Of a stretch of 64,000 bases of DNA, positions 25,725 through 37,427 are shown piece by piece. The number at the start of each line of letters is the position of its first letter. The first letter of the stretch is position 1. The notes beneath the pieces were generated by a model. The model made no database searches and was not told the DNA's origin. It saw only the letters and a program-made list of their open reading frames with translations. The position numbers and the translations under genes were made by a program. Source of the stretch: Lepidodermella squamata (lineage: Eukaryota > Animalia > Gastrotricha); assembly GCA_047495785.1 (NCBI GenBank), contig JBLDXI010000010.1, positions 1,922,001 through 1,986,000 of the forward strand. The letters run 5' to 3'.

Positions 25725-27924
25725 ATGATCACCCATGCGCTCATTCTTATTGCGCTATTTGCCTCACATGTTACTCCGCAGTTTGTTCCGCGTCTAACAT
25801 TTGTCAACCAACGACCAGCGAATGAGTACGCCGAGGATCGAGGTGAAGAAGCCAAAGTCATCGAGTCACCCATTCTTGGCCACAGTAGCAGTAGCAATGT
25901 CATGATTCGTCTAGCCGATCGTACAAAAATTATCCTTGAAGATGAAGACCCAGAAGCAAAGCAGTACGTGTCACATGAGAGTAAAAAAGGAACGCATCGA
26001 TATGGTCGAAACTCAACTGATGAGGAGCGGCTCAGTCTTCACTTATTCCGCCACTACGATTGGCGAGTAAAACCAACACCAAAGCAAAATGGTGCAGAAG
26101 TTAATCATACGATTCCAATCATGGTTAACTTCTCGCTTTATGTTATCGAACTGATCGCCCTTGATGAAGTTAAAATGTTCATCGACTTAAGAATATGGCT
26201 TGAATTGGTGAGCGCCGCCCCACTTATTAATTCCTTCTTAATACTTAATACTGCCTACTTCCTAATTTCTATTTATCAACCAGTCTTTTGAAGACTCGAG
26301 ATTTATCTGGGATCCTAAAGATTACAACAGGCTGCATATGATTACAATCGTAAGAATTTATTACTTCCAAACATTTCCTAAAAAGAACTGTCAATTTTCA
26401 GCCTACGGAGAGGCTCTGGCTACCCGACGTGGTCCTCTACAACTTTGCAGGAGACTCATTGGAGACAAATTATGCGTCTGGAATAAGGGCTCAAATAGAA
26501 AACACTGGTACCGTTACGGTATCTCCTTACCTCATGACGAGGTCGACTTGTCAGATGGATCTTCAGATGTATCCTTTCGACGAGGTGAATAATTAAGCCC
26601 AGTTGAAGATATTTGCCATTGGTTTTTCTGCATGATTTTCAGCACAGCTGTCGTCTACTTTTTGGCTCCTGGGCGCACGACTCGTCAGAAATTGTGGTTA
26701 TTAACAAATCCACGACAGCTGACATGACTCAGTACCGCGAATCTGGGAAGTGGCAGGTTCTCGGTACTATGCTAGAACGAAAAACAAATCCCAGAGATTT
26801 TCGCCATTCGAACAGGTCGTGGAGCAACGCCGATCGCGGATCGCACCAGCCTAGTACTGTGCAACTATCTCTGCGACTACGACGCCGCTTCATTTGGATG
26901 AATTTATTCTACATTTTCTTCCCTCTTACCTGGATTTCTACTATCACTCTGCTTTCATTCTTTTTACCCGCAGAATCTGGTCGAAAAGTAAGGCAGATAG
27001 CGTATTTTGCTAATATGCTTGAATTTAAAAAACTTACCACAGATAACCTTGTGCATCGGGCTGATTTTCGCGTTTATTGTTTACATTTTTCTAACCACAT
27101 TCATGCCAAGAACTGGCGAAAGTGTTCCGCTGATCAGTAAGGCGAACATTTCAAGTTGTAGGTAATTAATTTGTTTATTTTAAGGTGTCTATCTAATCAT
27201 AACAATGGCCTTGGTCGGTTTCGTCATTCTTCTCCAAGTTTTCATTCTCAATGTCCACTGGGCGTACAAACACCTATGGCCCGTTCCGACATGGCTGAAG
27301 AGATTATTGTTTGACGGTGTGGCTCCGATCCTGAAAATAGATCTACCAACAGAGCGAGAAAGAGGCCAATCAAAGAGTGCAAGGCGCCGTTCTTCATCCA
27401 AACTATCTTGCCACAAAGATCCAAACTCTTATTTTGAAAAAGATGATTACTTAAGCTCAGTGCCACCACCAGGAAGCGTGAGAGGGACTCCATCTCCTGT
27501 GCTGAAGGCTATACCTCCATCTCTTTTCAGCAACAATTCTTTAAATTCGAATGTGACTGAAGTGAGATCGCGTCGAAACACCCTAAAAAAATCAGCATCA
27601 CATGAACCAAGTTTGAAGAAAACCATGGTCAATGCGAAAAAATTGGTCAATTTAGCAAATTACGAACAAGTTGGGCCCCAGGAGCATTCAAGAAGAATGG
27701 AAATATTACAGCAAGTATCAGACACAATGGCCTACGCGGGGGTTAAAGTCGAGAGATCACGTCACATGGAAGCTTTGGCTTGTGAATGGCGATTGATTGC
27801 AATCGTACTGGATCGTTTGCTGTTTTGGACAAGTCTTGCGTTTTATTTCGCAGCTAATTTTTATTTATTAGTGGCGTTGCCGGCCGCTCGCCATTGGTCG
27901 CATACGCATAATCCATTTCTGTGA
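25725..27924 (+). CDS. Nicotinic acetylcholine receptor-like non-alpha subunit (6 exons)
   Basis: Signal peptide, EERLSLHLF..YD, LWLPDVVLYN, Cys-loop C-QMDLQMYPFDEHS-C, FGSWAHD, FFLPAESGRK-ITLCI, VPLI, ILNVH, a long intracellular loop and EWRLIAIVLDRLLFW. No vicinal Cys in loop C. Confidence 0.92.
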
Positions 27925-29534
27925 TTATCAGATCGTCAGATGGACCTATTAACTTTGCACTTGAAATGAGTAAAATTCTGCATGTTCCCCGATGCTTGAA
28001 CATTTTCAGATTTAATTAGAATTTCATCAGTTTGTTTCGGTATTTTTCCGTACCAGATTTGACGATTTATGATGATTACCAATGGATAAGTATCGCTGTT
28101 TTACATGGAAGTTTTTTCGGGATGTTTTCTTTCTTTCGAGATAACAATGACTCTAATTTATCAATTTATCAAACATTTATTCGATTCGGTATCACACAAA
28201 TTGAGATTCTCAATATTTCCACAATTTATTTGAGCATTCCAGATCATTTTGAACTTTCGCTTCTAGGTAAGTTTTGATTGTCATCTGACCTAGAAGGGAC
28301 CGCGAATAAATCAAATATAGCTTCCATTACTATCCCGCTGGATATCCTCGATTTTTCAAGCTAAGAAAGAGTGATACCAGACACCAAAATACCCGAGGAA
28401 TACCGGATGTGTGCTCTACCGAGGCGCCATTTTCTCCCGACCTTCAATAGGATGTAAAGTGTCAAGTTTGCAGAAGCGATTTTTTTTTCGCCCAGTCCCA
28501 TGCGACGGCATAGTGATGATGAGAGCGCTGCCAACTTGTCGATGCAACGACCGCCGGGTTAATCACATTAGCCATCACGGCAGTGGCTTATTACACAGCT
28601 GAACAGACGCAGTATTTATTGTTTATCATCATTAACATATCTCGCAAAATCACTGCACCATTGTCCAGCCCATTCGTTGCCGCTGGCCCGTGGCGGCCGC
28701 CGCTGCCGGTGGAGACGTAGCAAGGTGTACGCGCATCCCGTATGGGCGCTGCGTGCATACCAATCGGACGCATGGCTGCATTCTTAAGCAAACATCACTC
28801 AATAGACGAACACAATGCGACGCGCGCACAGCTACGGCCACCATTGTGTACACGCCCGCATCTGATGGACGTTTGCCGGTCCGAGCAGGGTGCGCGCACA
28901 ATCTTGCTACCTGTGCGCGCGCGCGCTTCTACTTCCATCGTCATTATAATATACTTATACTGCCCATCCTATAAGCTAAAACTACCACTGCCTGGGCTAT
29001 ACAGTGCGTCGTCAAGAGGCGGCTCTTGTTGTCGGATGGCGGGCCGGCCCGTTGTTATTGTTAATAACATTCGACTTCAGACCGGCCCCTCTATGGCATC
29101 ATTATCTTCTATTAGTAAAATTCCTTTGCGAGCCCCTACTGCTTGCCGTAGTTGTGGCTGCTTTGTTCGCCGCCAAGCGACTCGCCCGCTCTTTTCTGTT
29201 TACTTTTCCATACGCCAAAGCTGTAAAGTCGACAAGTTTTTGAAAACGCCTTGATTGACAGCTGACCCTCTTGATCTGTCCTTGAATTATCTCATTTATC
29301 CGCTCCATTGGGCCAAACAAGAGGCCAATTCCAGCTTAATAAAGTGCAAGTTTTCTCAGATTGATAGCTTCTTCAGTTTTCAGAATTATGAATTAACCAT
29401 TAATCCGCACTTTTTGAATAGATTCAATAAGGAATCATTTCAGCGCCTTGGTTTGTTACTTTCAGTACTAATCGAATTGTTTATTTTACATGTTAGGTGG
29501 TTTAAAAGCTTATCGTTAAACTGATCCGGCCGCC

Positions 29535-32500
29535 ATGAACCGGGTCGCCCGTTTACTCGGGGCACTGCTGGTCACCTTAGGCGCCGCGACGGGCGTTGAA
29601 AGGCGCCCAGCAATGGAGCCCCCCAACGAGTTTCTCCAACCACCAATAATGGCGTTGAACCGGCCACTAGGCCCACAACACAAAGACGTAGCCGATAATG
29701 CTGGCAAAGAATTCGTAATCATGTTCAACGAAAATTCTGTCGACGTGCCTCGCGGTTTTCCACTTGAACTTTACATCACCACGAAAAAACAATTCGCCGT
29801 ATGGGGAAACTGTTCAGCGCCGCGTTGGCACGAAGGCGCATCGGTTTTCCAGCGGTTTCAAGTTCAAGAGGGTTTCGCCCAGGACATACCTCTGCCGCCA
29901 TCTTTACGCATCATTGGCTCGACAACTGAGCCAAAGGGTGTGTTAATCCAGGCTTCGGATGAAGTTGTGGTCTACGGCATTAATAAGGACACATTTTCAA
30001 ACGACGGTTTTCTGGCTATTCCGACCAATGTGCTGGGCAAGACATATTTCGCTGTGACTTATTACCCGCCTACTATGCGGTGCCAGATCGGCATCGTAGC
30101 GGTGAAGGATGGCACCGAGGTCACTCTTACTTTCCCGAGGTACAAGGCCCAAACTGGCGAGGAACCCGTTGCGGTCGTTTACGGTGGCAGGACTTATCGA
30201 TCTGGAGAAACTTTGACCGTTAAACTGAATCGGTTGGATGTATTCCAGGCGCAGAGCCGCGGCGATCTCACTGGCACTAGGATTGAAGCTACTGAGCCGG
30301 TAAGTATTTCTGAAAATTTCTTTTAATCTGTTCAATAGGTGCAATTATTTTGATCCTTTAATCCCACCTTATCGAATTGCTTTTGCCCATGTTAGATCGT
30401 CATCAAATGGTGTTACGTGATTATTTATCATTTTGGTGTCATTTTTAGATTGCGGTTTTCAGCGGAAATGTTCGCACTTACGTTGGCGATACATCAAAGC
30501 CTGTAATCGAGAGGTCACGTGATCACTTGGTCGAACAGCTTTTCCCAGTTGAATCTTGGGGTAGAACCTTTGCCACCGTCGCTATTCCCGGCCGAACCAC
30601 TGGCGATTATTTCAAGTTCGTCGCCGCTGAAGATGAAACAATCTTCACAATTTCGGGCTTTGGAACTCACAATTTGGAAAAAGCTGGCGATCATGTGCAA
30701 ATTTTGATTCCCAGCCGCACGCAGACTTTTATCGAGTCGAATAAGCCCATTCAGATTGTTCAAATCGTTCTTAGCCAAACTTCGGAGACCACTGCTGAAA
30801 CTGCTGACCCATCGATGATTTTGCAAGTTCCGGTCGAGTTGTTCAGCTACGACTACACATTGGGTAAATTTCAATAAAGATTTAGTGTAACATTTTTTAG
30901 TATGCATATTTGGGACATGATTTTCTCGCTAAATTTCTGGAATTAGGTCAAACCTTATTAATAAAATAAATTTTCTTTTAGCCACACCAACTTACGCCGG
31001 TCTTACTGTCGGCGGAGAGGGTACCGGCGAGTATCAAAATGAACTCATGTTGGTCATTGACCGTTCCAACCGCGACGGTCTCCGCATCGATGGCCAGTCG
31101 CTTGGTGACGCTCACTGGTACTATTATCCAAACTCAGTCTACGCCGCCACAAACGTCACTCTGATGGGCGGTCCCAACAAATTTCACACTGTCCAACATG
31201 TCAACCCGACTGTTGTTTTCGGTTGTTACTTGTACGGACACGCCGATCGTGAGAGCTATGGCTTCCCGTGCGGTGCTCGTCTCACACAGATTAACGTAAG
31301 CGATTTGAACTAATCGGAACTATTCAGGAACTCGCTTGAATATTCGGATTTTCTCGGGTTTTTTTTTGGATTTCGGTAAATAAAACGTAACTTTTGTTTG
31401 TAGCAACCTTGCCAACCCACGACTATGAGTGTTGGAGATGGTGTAGACAACGATTGCGATCGTCGTATCGACGAGGAAATCTGTAATGACGGCATAGATA
31501 ACGATATGGACGGAATTATGGACGAAGATTGCGTTACGACCTACGTCGCGCCAACTACGACCACGCCTGCTCCGACTACAACACCTGCACCTAAACCGCC
31601 AGCTCGCCGACCACCGCCAGACCAGTTCGGTCAGCAATTCGTCCTGCTTTTCATGGAAAACGGCATTGATGCTGTGCCATCGACTGAGCTGCGGATCAGC
31701 ATTGCAACGGCTGAAAATCCGCCAGTTGTCGTTTATTGCCGCGTTGTATCCGAGAAATGGAACAGCCCCCGCTTGGATGCTGCATTCACCCTGACCCAAG
31801 CTCAGGGCTACACAGTGCGAGTCAACCCGGTTTTCCAAATGATCGGCAACAGTCGTTCAACGAAAGGTTTGATAAAGACGAATTCAGTCGTCAGATTAAC
31901 AAAACAATTCACATTTAGGAATTTTGATCTCCTGCACGCATGATGTCGAGGTTATCGCTGAGCAGTCAGAGAAGGCCTCGGCTGATTCTTTCCTTGTCGA
32001 GCCAATCGATGCCCTCGACAACGAGTATGTAGTCAGCTGCTATGCTACTCCAACCTCTCGTTGCCAGTTTGGCATTGTTGCTGCTTTTGATGGTACCGAT
32101 GTTAGCATCGAATTCCCAACTTTCAGCCAAACACAGCTGCAACAGGCCATTGCTACTGTTGAAGCCTCTCCGGTAAGCTTTTGATGAAAATTAGAGAAAA
32201 GAAGACCATGAAGTTTTTTTCCGATTTTCAAATCTTACGTTATAATGTAATGTTTCAGGCCCAGCCCAAGCCACGTTCGAACCCGCTGAGCAAGGAACAG
32301 CCTTCTCGTTCGGCCGAAACTCCGATTCTCAACTTTGAGAACCGTCAAATTCTCCCCGGACAAAAGCTCGACTTCAAGCTCGACCGCTTGGACACTCTTC
32401 AGTTCCAATCAACTGGGGCTGATCTTACTGGCACTCGAATCAAGTCGAACAAGCCAATCGCAGTTTTCGCCGGTAACGCCTACACTGCAGTTGGCCAGGA

Positions 32501-34604
32501 ATTCCGAGTTTTCCCCACTGAAAGTACCTTCGTCGCCTCATTGGCGCCTAAGGTAACCTGGGGCCGGGTTTTCGCTTCAGTCACCACGCCATCAAGCCGA
32601 AATTTGATCCGTGTCCTCACAGCTGAGGCTAATAACGAAATCGAAGTTATCGACCAGACGTTGTTTAAGCGGAAATTTAATTTATCCGAAGCTGGTAGTT
32701 CTCAGACTATTGAACTGCCGGTTGATAGCCCGATAATTATTCGAACTTTGAAGCCAGCTCAGGTCACCCAAATGACCTACAGTGGTGACGCGCAAATCGC
32801 CGGGGCGCCAGGGCCTGTTATGATGTCGGTGGTGCCCGCTGAGCAGTGGCACGACTACTACGCCTTCAATGTACCCGGTTCAAGTGACGACAAGCCACTG
32901 AGACATTTCTTAACTCTCATTGCAAAGCGCGGCGATGTCGGTGGCATTATGCTGGACCATTCTCCGTTAGGTAAGAGATCCGTTTGATCTTCTGATCAAA
33001 GTATTCCTGATAAAAATGTCCTATATTGACTTTTAGATACTCTCCTTCATCCGAGTTGGTTCAAGATTCCAGATTCGGACTACGTCGCTGCTCGGGTTGA
33101 GCTGCGCAGCCCACCAACGACTCATGTTTTGTATCACGAGAATCCGATTCGGACCTTCGCCGCTATGCTATACTCGGCGAATGGCCACGAGTCGTATGCT
33201 ACATCGCTCGGTGGTCGCCTAACCCCAATTGCTCGCTCGAAGGAAGACTGTGTCAAGTCGCAGATGATAACCGGTGACCTCATGGACAACGATTGCGACA
33301 TGCTGGTCGACGAAGAGCTTTGCAACGGCATTGGTAAGCAATAAAAACCAAAATTATCTCAAAACTTACCTCTGTTATGCTAGATGACGATCTCGATAAC
33401 GAAATCGATGAAGATTGCGCCTTGGAGAAGTTCCGACCCTACCGAGCGGGTGCTGTTGGAGGTGAGGGACCCCGTGGTCCTCCTGGCCCAGCCGGACCCG
33501 CGGGCGAGCCCGGTCCTCGAGGTATCGTAGGACCTCAGGGCCCTGAAGGACCTTTCGGCCCACCTGGTCCCGAGGGAGAACCTGGAGGTCCTGGGCCATT
33601 GGGACCTGTTGGTGACAAAGGTGAACAGGGACCAGTCGGCACCCAGGGCACACCGGGTGTCACCGGAATCAAGGGTTACATCGGATTCATTGGTGACAAG
33701 GGTGTCAAGGGAGAAGCTGGCGAGCGTGGTCAACCTGGCTGGGGTGGTCCGAAGGGTGACCGGGGCGACTTGGGTCCCCTTGGCCCAGCAGGCGAACAAG
33801 GTCCTCCGGGCGACGTAGGTCAAAAGGGTGACAGAGGAGCGCCGGGTGAACGGGGCTACCCGGGTGGTCCCCCGAAATCTTTATGTCAGGAGGGCTTTGC
33901 GTATGACACCCGCGACACCAAGTGCCGCGATGTTGATGAATGTCAAGTTTCGAACGGTGGATGCCAGTTTTCGTGCGTCAACACCGAGGGAAGTTTTGAA
34001 TGTGGCTGCCCACGTGGCTACCACCTTGCTCCAGACAAATTGTCTTGCATTGGTAAGTGTCTTGATGAACCTTCTCCACCTCGATTTTATTGATTTGATT
34101 GTAGAAGTCGACGAGTGCTCTGGCTACGACCCTGTGACTTCAACGCCGAGACAGAAGCCATGTGGTGGTTGGGGCCTTCTGTGCCTTAATTCGCTAGGAT
34201 CCTACGCCTGTGTCAATACCACCGATATGACTGTGGCCGGGCGAAGTGGCTCCGCATATGCCTCGGCTCAAATTGACGCCTCATCTGAGGGTCTAACTAA
34301 CGCTGTGGTCGCTGCTCTTCAATCGAGCAGTTCTGCTGTAGTCCGTGAGACTCATCTCGTGGCTGATAAAACTCTGATCGGCCTATTAATTTGGCTAGCC
34401 ATCCTCTCCTTCATCGTAATTATTGGGCTAATCTTAGTCGCAATTTGGGCGATTAGACACAACCGTGCTGAAGAGAATGAGAGGAAGCTGTACGCTGCAG
34501 CAACTTTAGGGCCGATTGGTTCGGGCGAAACTGCACCAAACAGCCCGAATCAAACGATGCAACGTGGCGGTTATGTTGCGTATACGCCACCGCCTGAAAG
34601 CTGA
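29535..34604 (+). CDS. Type I membrane protein: 2x IgGFc-binding N-terminal domain, acidic DNDCD repeats, collagen helix, EGF domains, TM (about 9 exons)
   Basis: Signal peptide; [49 protein letters not shown] and ESYGFPCG motifs, with the domain repeated; [24 protein letters not shown]; about 47 Gly-X-Y triplets; cb[15 protein letters not shown]; [29 protein letters not shown]. Confidence 0.88.
33449..33871 (+). repeat. Collagen Gly-X-Y coding repeat (about 47 uninterrupted triplets)
   Basis: Counted [12 protein letters not shown]...GER-GYP-GGP in ORF 33377-34093. Confidence 0.95.
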
Positions 34605-35306
34605 AAGATGATCGCTGCTGTACTATAATTGTGTTGTTTGTAAATATCGAGATGAGATTGCTATATATTTGTGTATAATTACTCTATGATCGGAGATCTG
34701 AACAACCATGTTATGCTACCTACCAGAATGTTTATGAAAAGTTTATTTTTCCCAAACAGCATAAAGCAATAAAAATCAATACGATCGATTCGCTAAGAAG
34801 CGCAGCATTTTTGCAATGTCTAGCGAATTTTCTATCCCCAATTTTTCGAGTTGTTTAAGGATTTAATAGCGTTCGGATGCTACAATTGCTCACCAAACAT
34901 TGTACTCTAGAAGTGCTCGAAATCAGTTGGCCTCCTCAGATCGCAGATAGCAAATGGGGAAATTGATGGTGCCTTCGTGATCCTTCGTTTGCGATAAGAA
35001 TTAAAACACGCCAAGATTCAATCAAGGTTCAATTATTTGTCTGGGAAATCACGGAGAGCTGCGAGCTGCTGAAAGTAAGTTATTTCCGACTTTTTCGTTT
35101 GCTCGCTAGCATTATCGGCTTATGGAGCCTATGAATTCGATGAAAATTCTGATCAGCTATAAATATCTATCGTCAGCAATATTAAAAAGAAATAGTCTAA
35201 CCGAAATAACTTTCCAAATTCCACTATTCTGGAGTGCCAAACTGAACAGCCGAGGTGACACTTAGTCTGATGCAATTCATTTAACCTTCAAACCGGCATA
35301 GTTAAA

Positions 35307-35909
35307 ATGAACTACATTCATGTATATTTATTGGTGCTGGTCATCATGATGCATGCTGTCCCGACGACCAACCAGGCCTTTACAGCAGCCATTACACCTA
35401 TTTCTGCTGCTACAACCGACGGTGTTATACCGCAAGCCTCAACATCGGCTGTCCAGCCTACAACACAACCGATAACAACAACAGCTGTCCCACCAACATC
35501 GCAGCGGCTAACTACAACCAAGCAGGTTAGTAATTTGGCCTCTTGGTGATGACTTTTTGCTTACTATGGATGGCGCCGAGACAGAAAAAATTCTAACAAA
35601 ACATTCAATTTCTACTGGACTAGAGAGGGCTTCTTCAAGGCTAATTGCATGCAGATCATTGATGATTTCCCATTCGACAAGCAGACAATTACATTTGAAT
35701 TCAGCTTGACGAGATCGCATAGAATTTTGACATTCATGGACCCTCCAACCTTTCTGTGGGACATTGGAGCTGTTGATAACACTGAGTGGGTTGTAACGGT
35801 AGTTTGTCCACGACACGCTTCAACGGCTTCATTGTTACGACTGCTGTCTTTGAGGTGACACTGAAACGGCTCCCGAGGTATTATATTTATTGGGAATCTC
35901 TTTTTGCCT
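35307..35909 (+). pseudogene. Truncated, frameshifted paralogue of the 37428-39749 channel
   Basis: Signal peptide and Thr-rich stalk, then high similarity to 39000-39380 (GDDFL.TM, FNFYWTREGFFKA.CMQII.DFPFD, DPPTFLWDIGAVDNTEWVV, TTAVFEVTLKRLPRYYI). It has frameshifts, has lost the second Cys-loop Cys and has no TM domain. Confidence 0.85.
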
Positions 35910-36069
35910 AGATCTGCGTATCGATTTTCGAATTCTAAGATTTCTTAAATAATAATTACCAGCTCCCGTCCCATTCGTTGAATGTATGGGCCGAGGCCAT
36001 GGGTCCCGAATGAGCGCTCTTAGGGTCGCTTGTTGGGGTGTCTTCAGTCGGACAGCTCGGCAGCGATTA

Positions 36070-36250
36070 GTGCAGTCTCGCTGACACTCCTAATTTACCA
36101 CTTTTCACTTTTGTAACACGATGGAGTGGTCGGCCACAGTCGGGGTAGAGCGTCATTGATGAATCACCGCCGACCCGGGTGGGGATCGAACTCATGCCCA
36201 TCGATCTTGACGCTCAATGCACAGCAGACAGCTATCCACTGAACTACTGT
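36070..36250 (-). mobile_element. tRNA-derived SINE-like element (copy 2; may extend to about 35950)
   Basis: Minus-strand A-box TAGTTCAGTGG (36246-36236) and B-box GAGTTCGATCCC (36193-36182). Body blocks are shared with 6088-6260. Confidence 0.6.
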
Positions 36251-36302
36251 GTGCCCGTGACCGGTGATATAAATTCGTCTTATTGAAAACCGACATGATG
36301 GC

Positions 36303-36711
36303 CATAGAGAAAAAAATGACCAGAGTAAGCACTCAAGCTAACATTTCAAAACCATCATTTTTATTCAAAGTTAAATTTCTCAAAACGTATAGGTATCTCT
36401 GTTTTTCGCCAAATTTTGCATGCCTATAGAACGCGAGCTGCTCTTTCACGTGGTATAAGATTTGAGGTGGGCAACCCAACCGTTGTTACGATACAAAAAC
36501 CTCGTTTTCAGTGTGGTTTAATTCATTTTGATGAGATCAAGACTGAGCAACAATTGCCCCCCTCAAATCATAAACCACGTGAAATAGCAGCTCGCGTAGG
36601 CATGCAAAATTTGGCGAAAAACAGAGATATACGTTTTGAGAAAGCACTTCTATAATAATGCAGATCAAAATTTTAGCTTGAGTGCTTACTCTGGTCATTT
36701 TTTTCTCTATG
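36303..36711. mobile_element. Palindromic MITE (non-autonomous DNA transposon) with 8-bp TSD
   Basis: A perfect 39-nt TIR CATAGAGAAAAAAATGACCAGAGTAAGCACTCAAGCTAA (36303-36341 and 36673-36711), with imperfect arms extending to about 170 nt. Flanked on both sides by ATGATGGC (36295-36302 and 36712-36719). Confidence 0.92.
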
Positions 36712-37427
36712 ATGATGGCGCAAGAACATAACGAAAATTCACGATTAAAATGAGGTGAATTCACCTGCTTCTCTTTGTATAATTCTTATTTCTCTCCACT
36801 CTTGTCTGCGCTTTTTCACATGAGCTATTTTCCTGTTACTAAATCCGTCACTATCTCATTCATATAATTTTCTCTCTTTGAACTCATTCTATTTCTTTGT
36901 CTTCTGTTATTTGAGGTGGTATTAAATGTGTATAGTTTATGTGAATGCAACAATGCACAAGAGACTGCATAGCAGGGGGATTTATTATTAAAAAGGTCGA
37001 ATCTGCTATTGAGTTCGCAAACCGAGTCATCTATAAAATATTGGGCACGTGAAGAAATGTGTAAATATGCGAGGAATAAATGATTGCAGTTGAGGCTATG
37101 AGCAACTGCGGAACCCTTGCCAGTATTTGCTCTTACAGTAACAGCAAAAGGGTATATAAAAATTTCGAACGGATATTGCAACCTTCACAGAGTAGAATCG
37201 GTTGCATATTTGAAAATAACGGATCTTCTCCGAGATCACAGAGTAAATAAACTGGAAAACTCGTTAAAATTGAAACCGTTAAAATTCCGATTGTCATGAT
37301 AACTTGAACTACCGCCCAGGACGCAGAACAATAAATTCAAGAGAAAAGAGCAATTTTCGTGAAGATACGAGTATTGCACGTCATATAACGTCTGCATAAA
37401 CTTTGAGGAAATTTGATCTCAGACACG

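Noticed and set aside
33375-33823. Antisense ORFs over the collagen region
   Set aside because: Shadow frames of Gly-X-Y codons.
36180-36250. Possible tRNA gene
   Set aside because: A and B boxes are present but I could not fold a convincing cloverleaf, and shared downstream sequence favours a SINE.
36825-37181. Minus-strand ORF with YFIDDSVCELNSRF, weakly like a hAT transposase segment
   Set aside because: Single short motif with no supporting neighbours.
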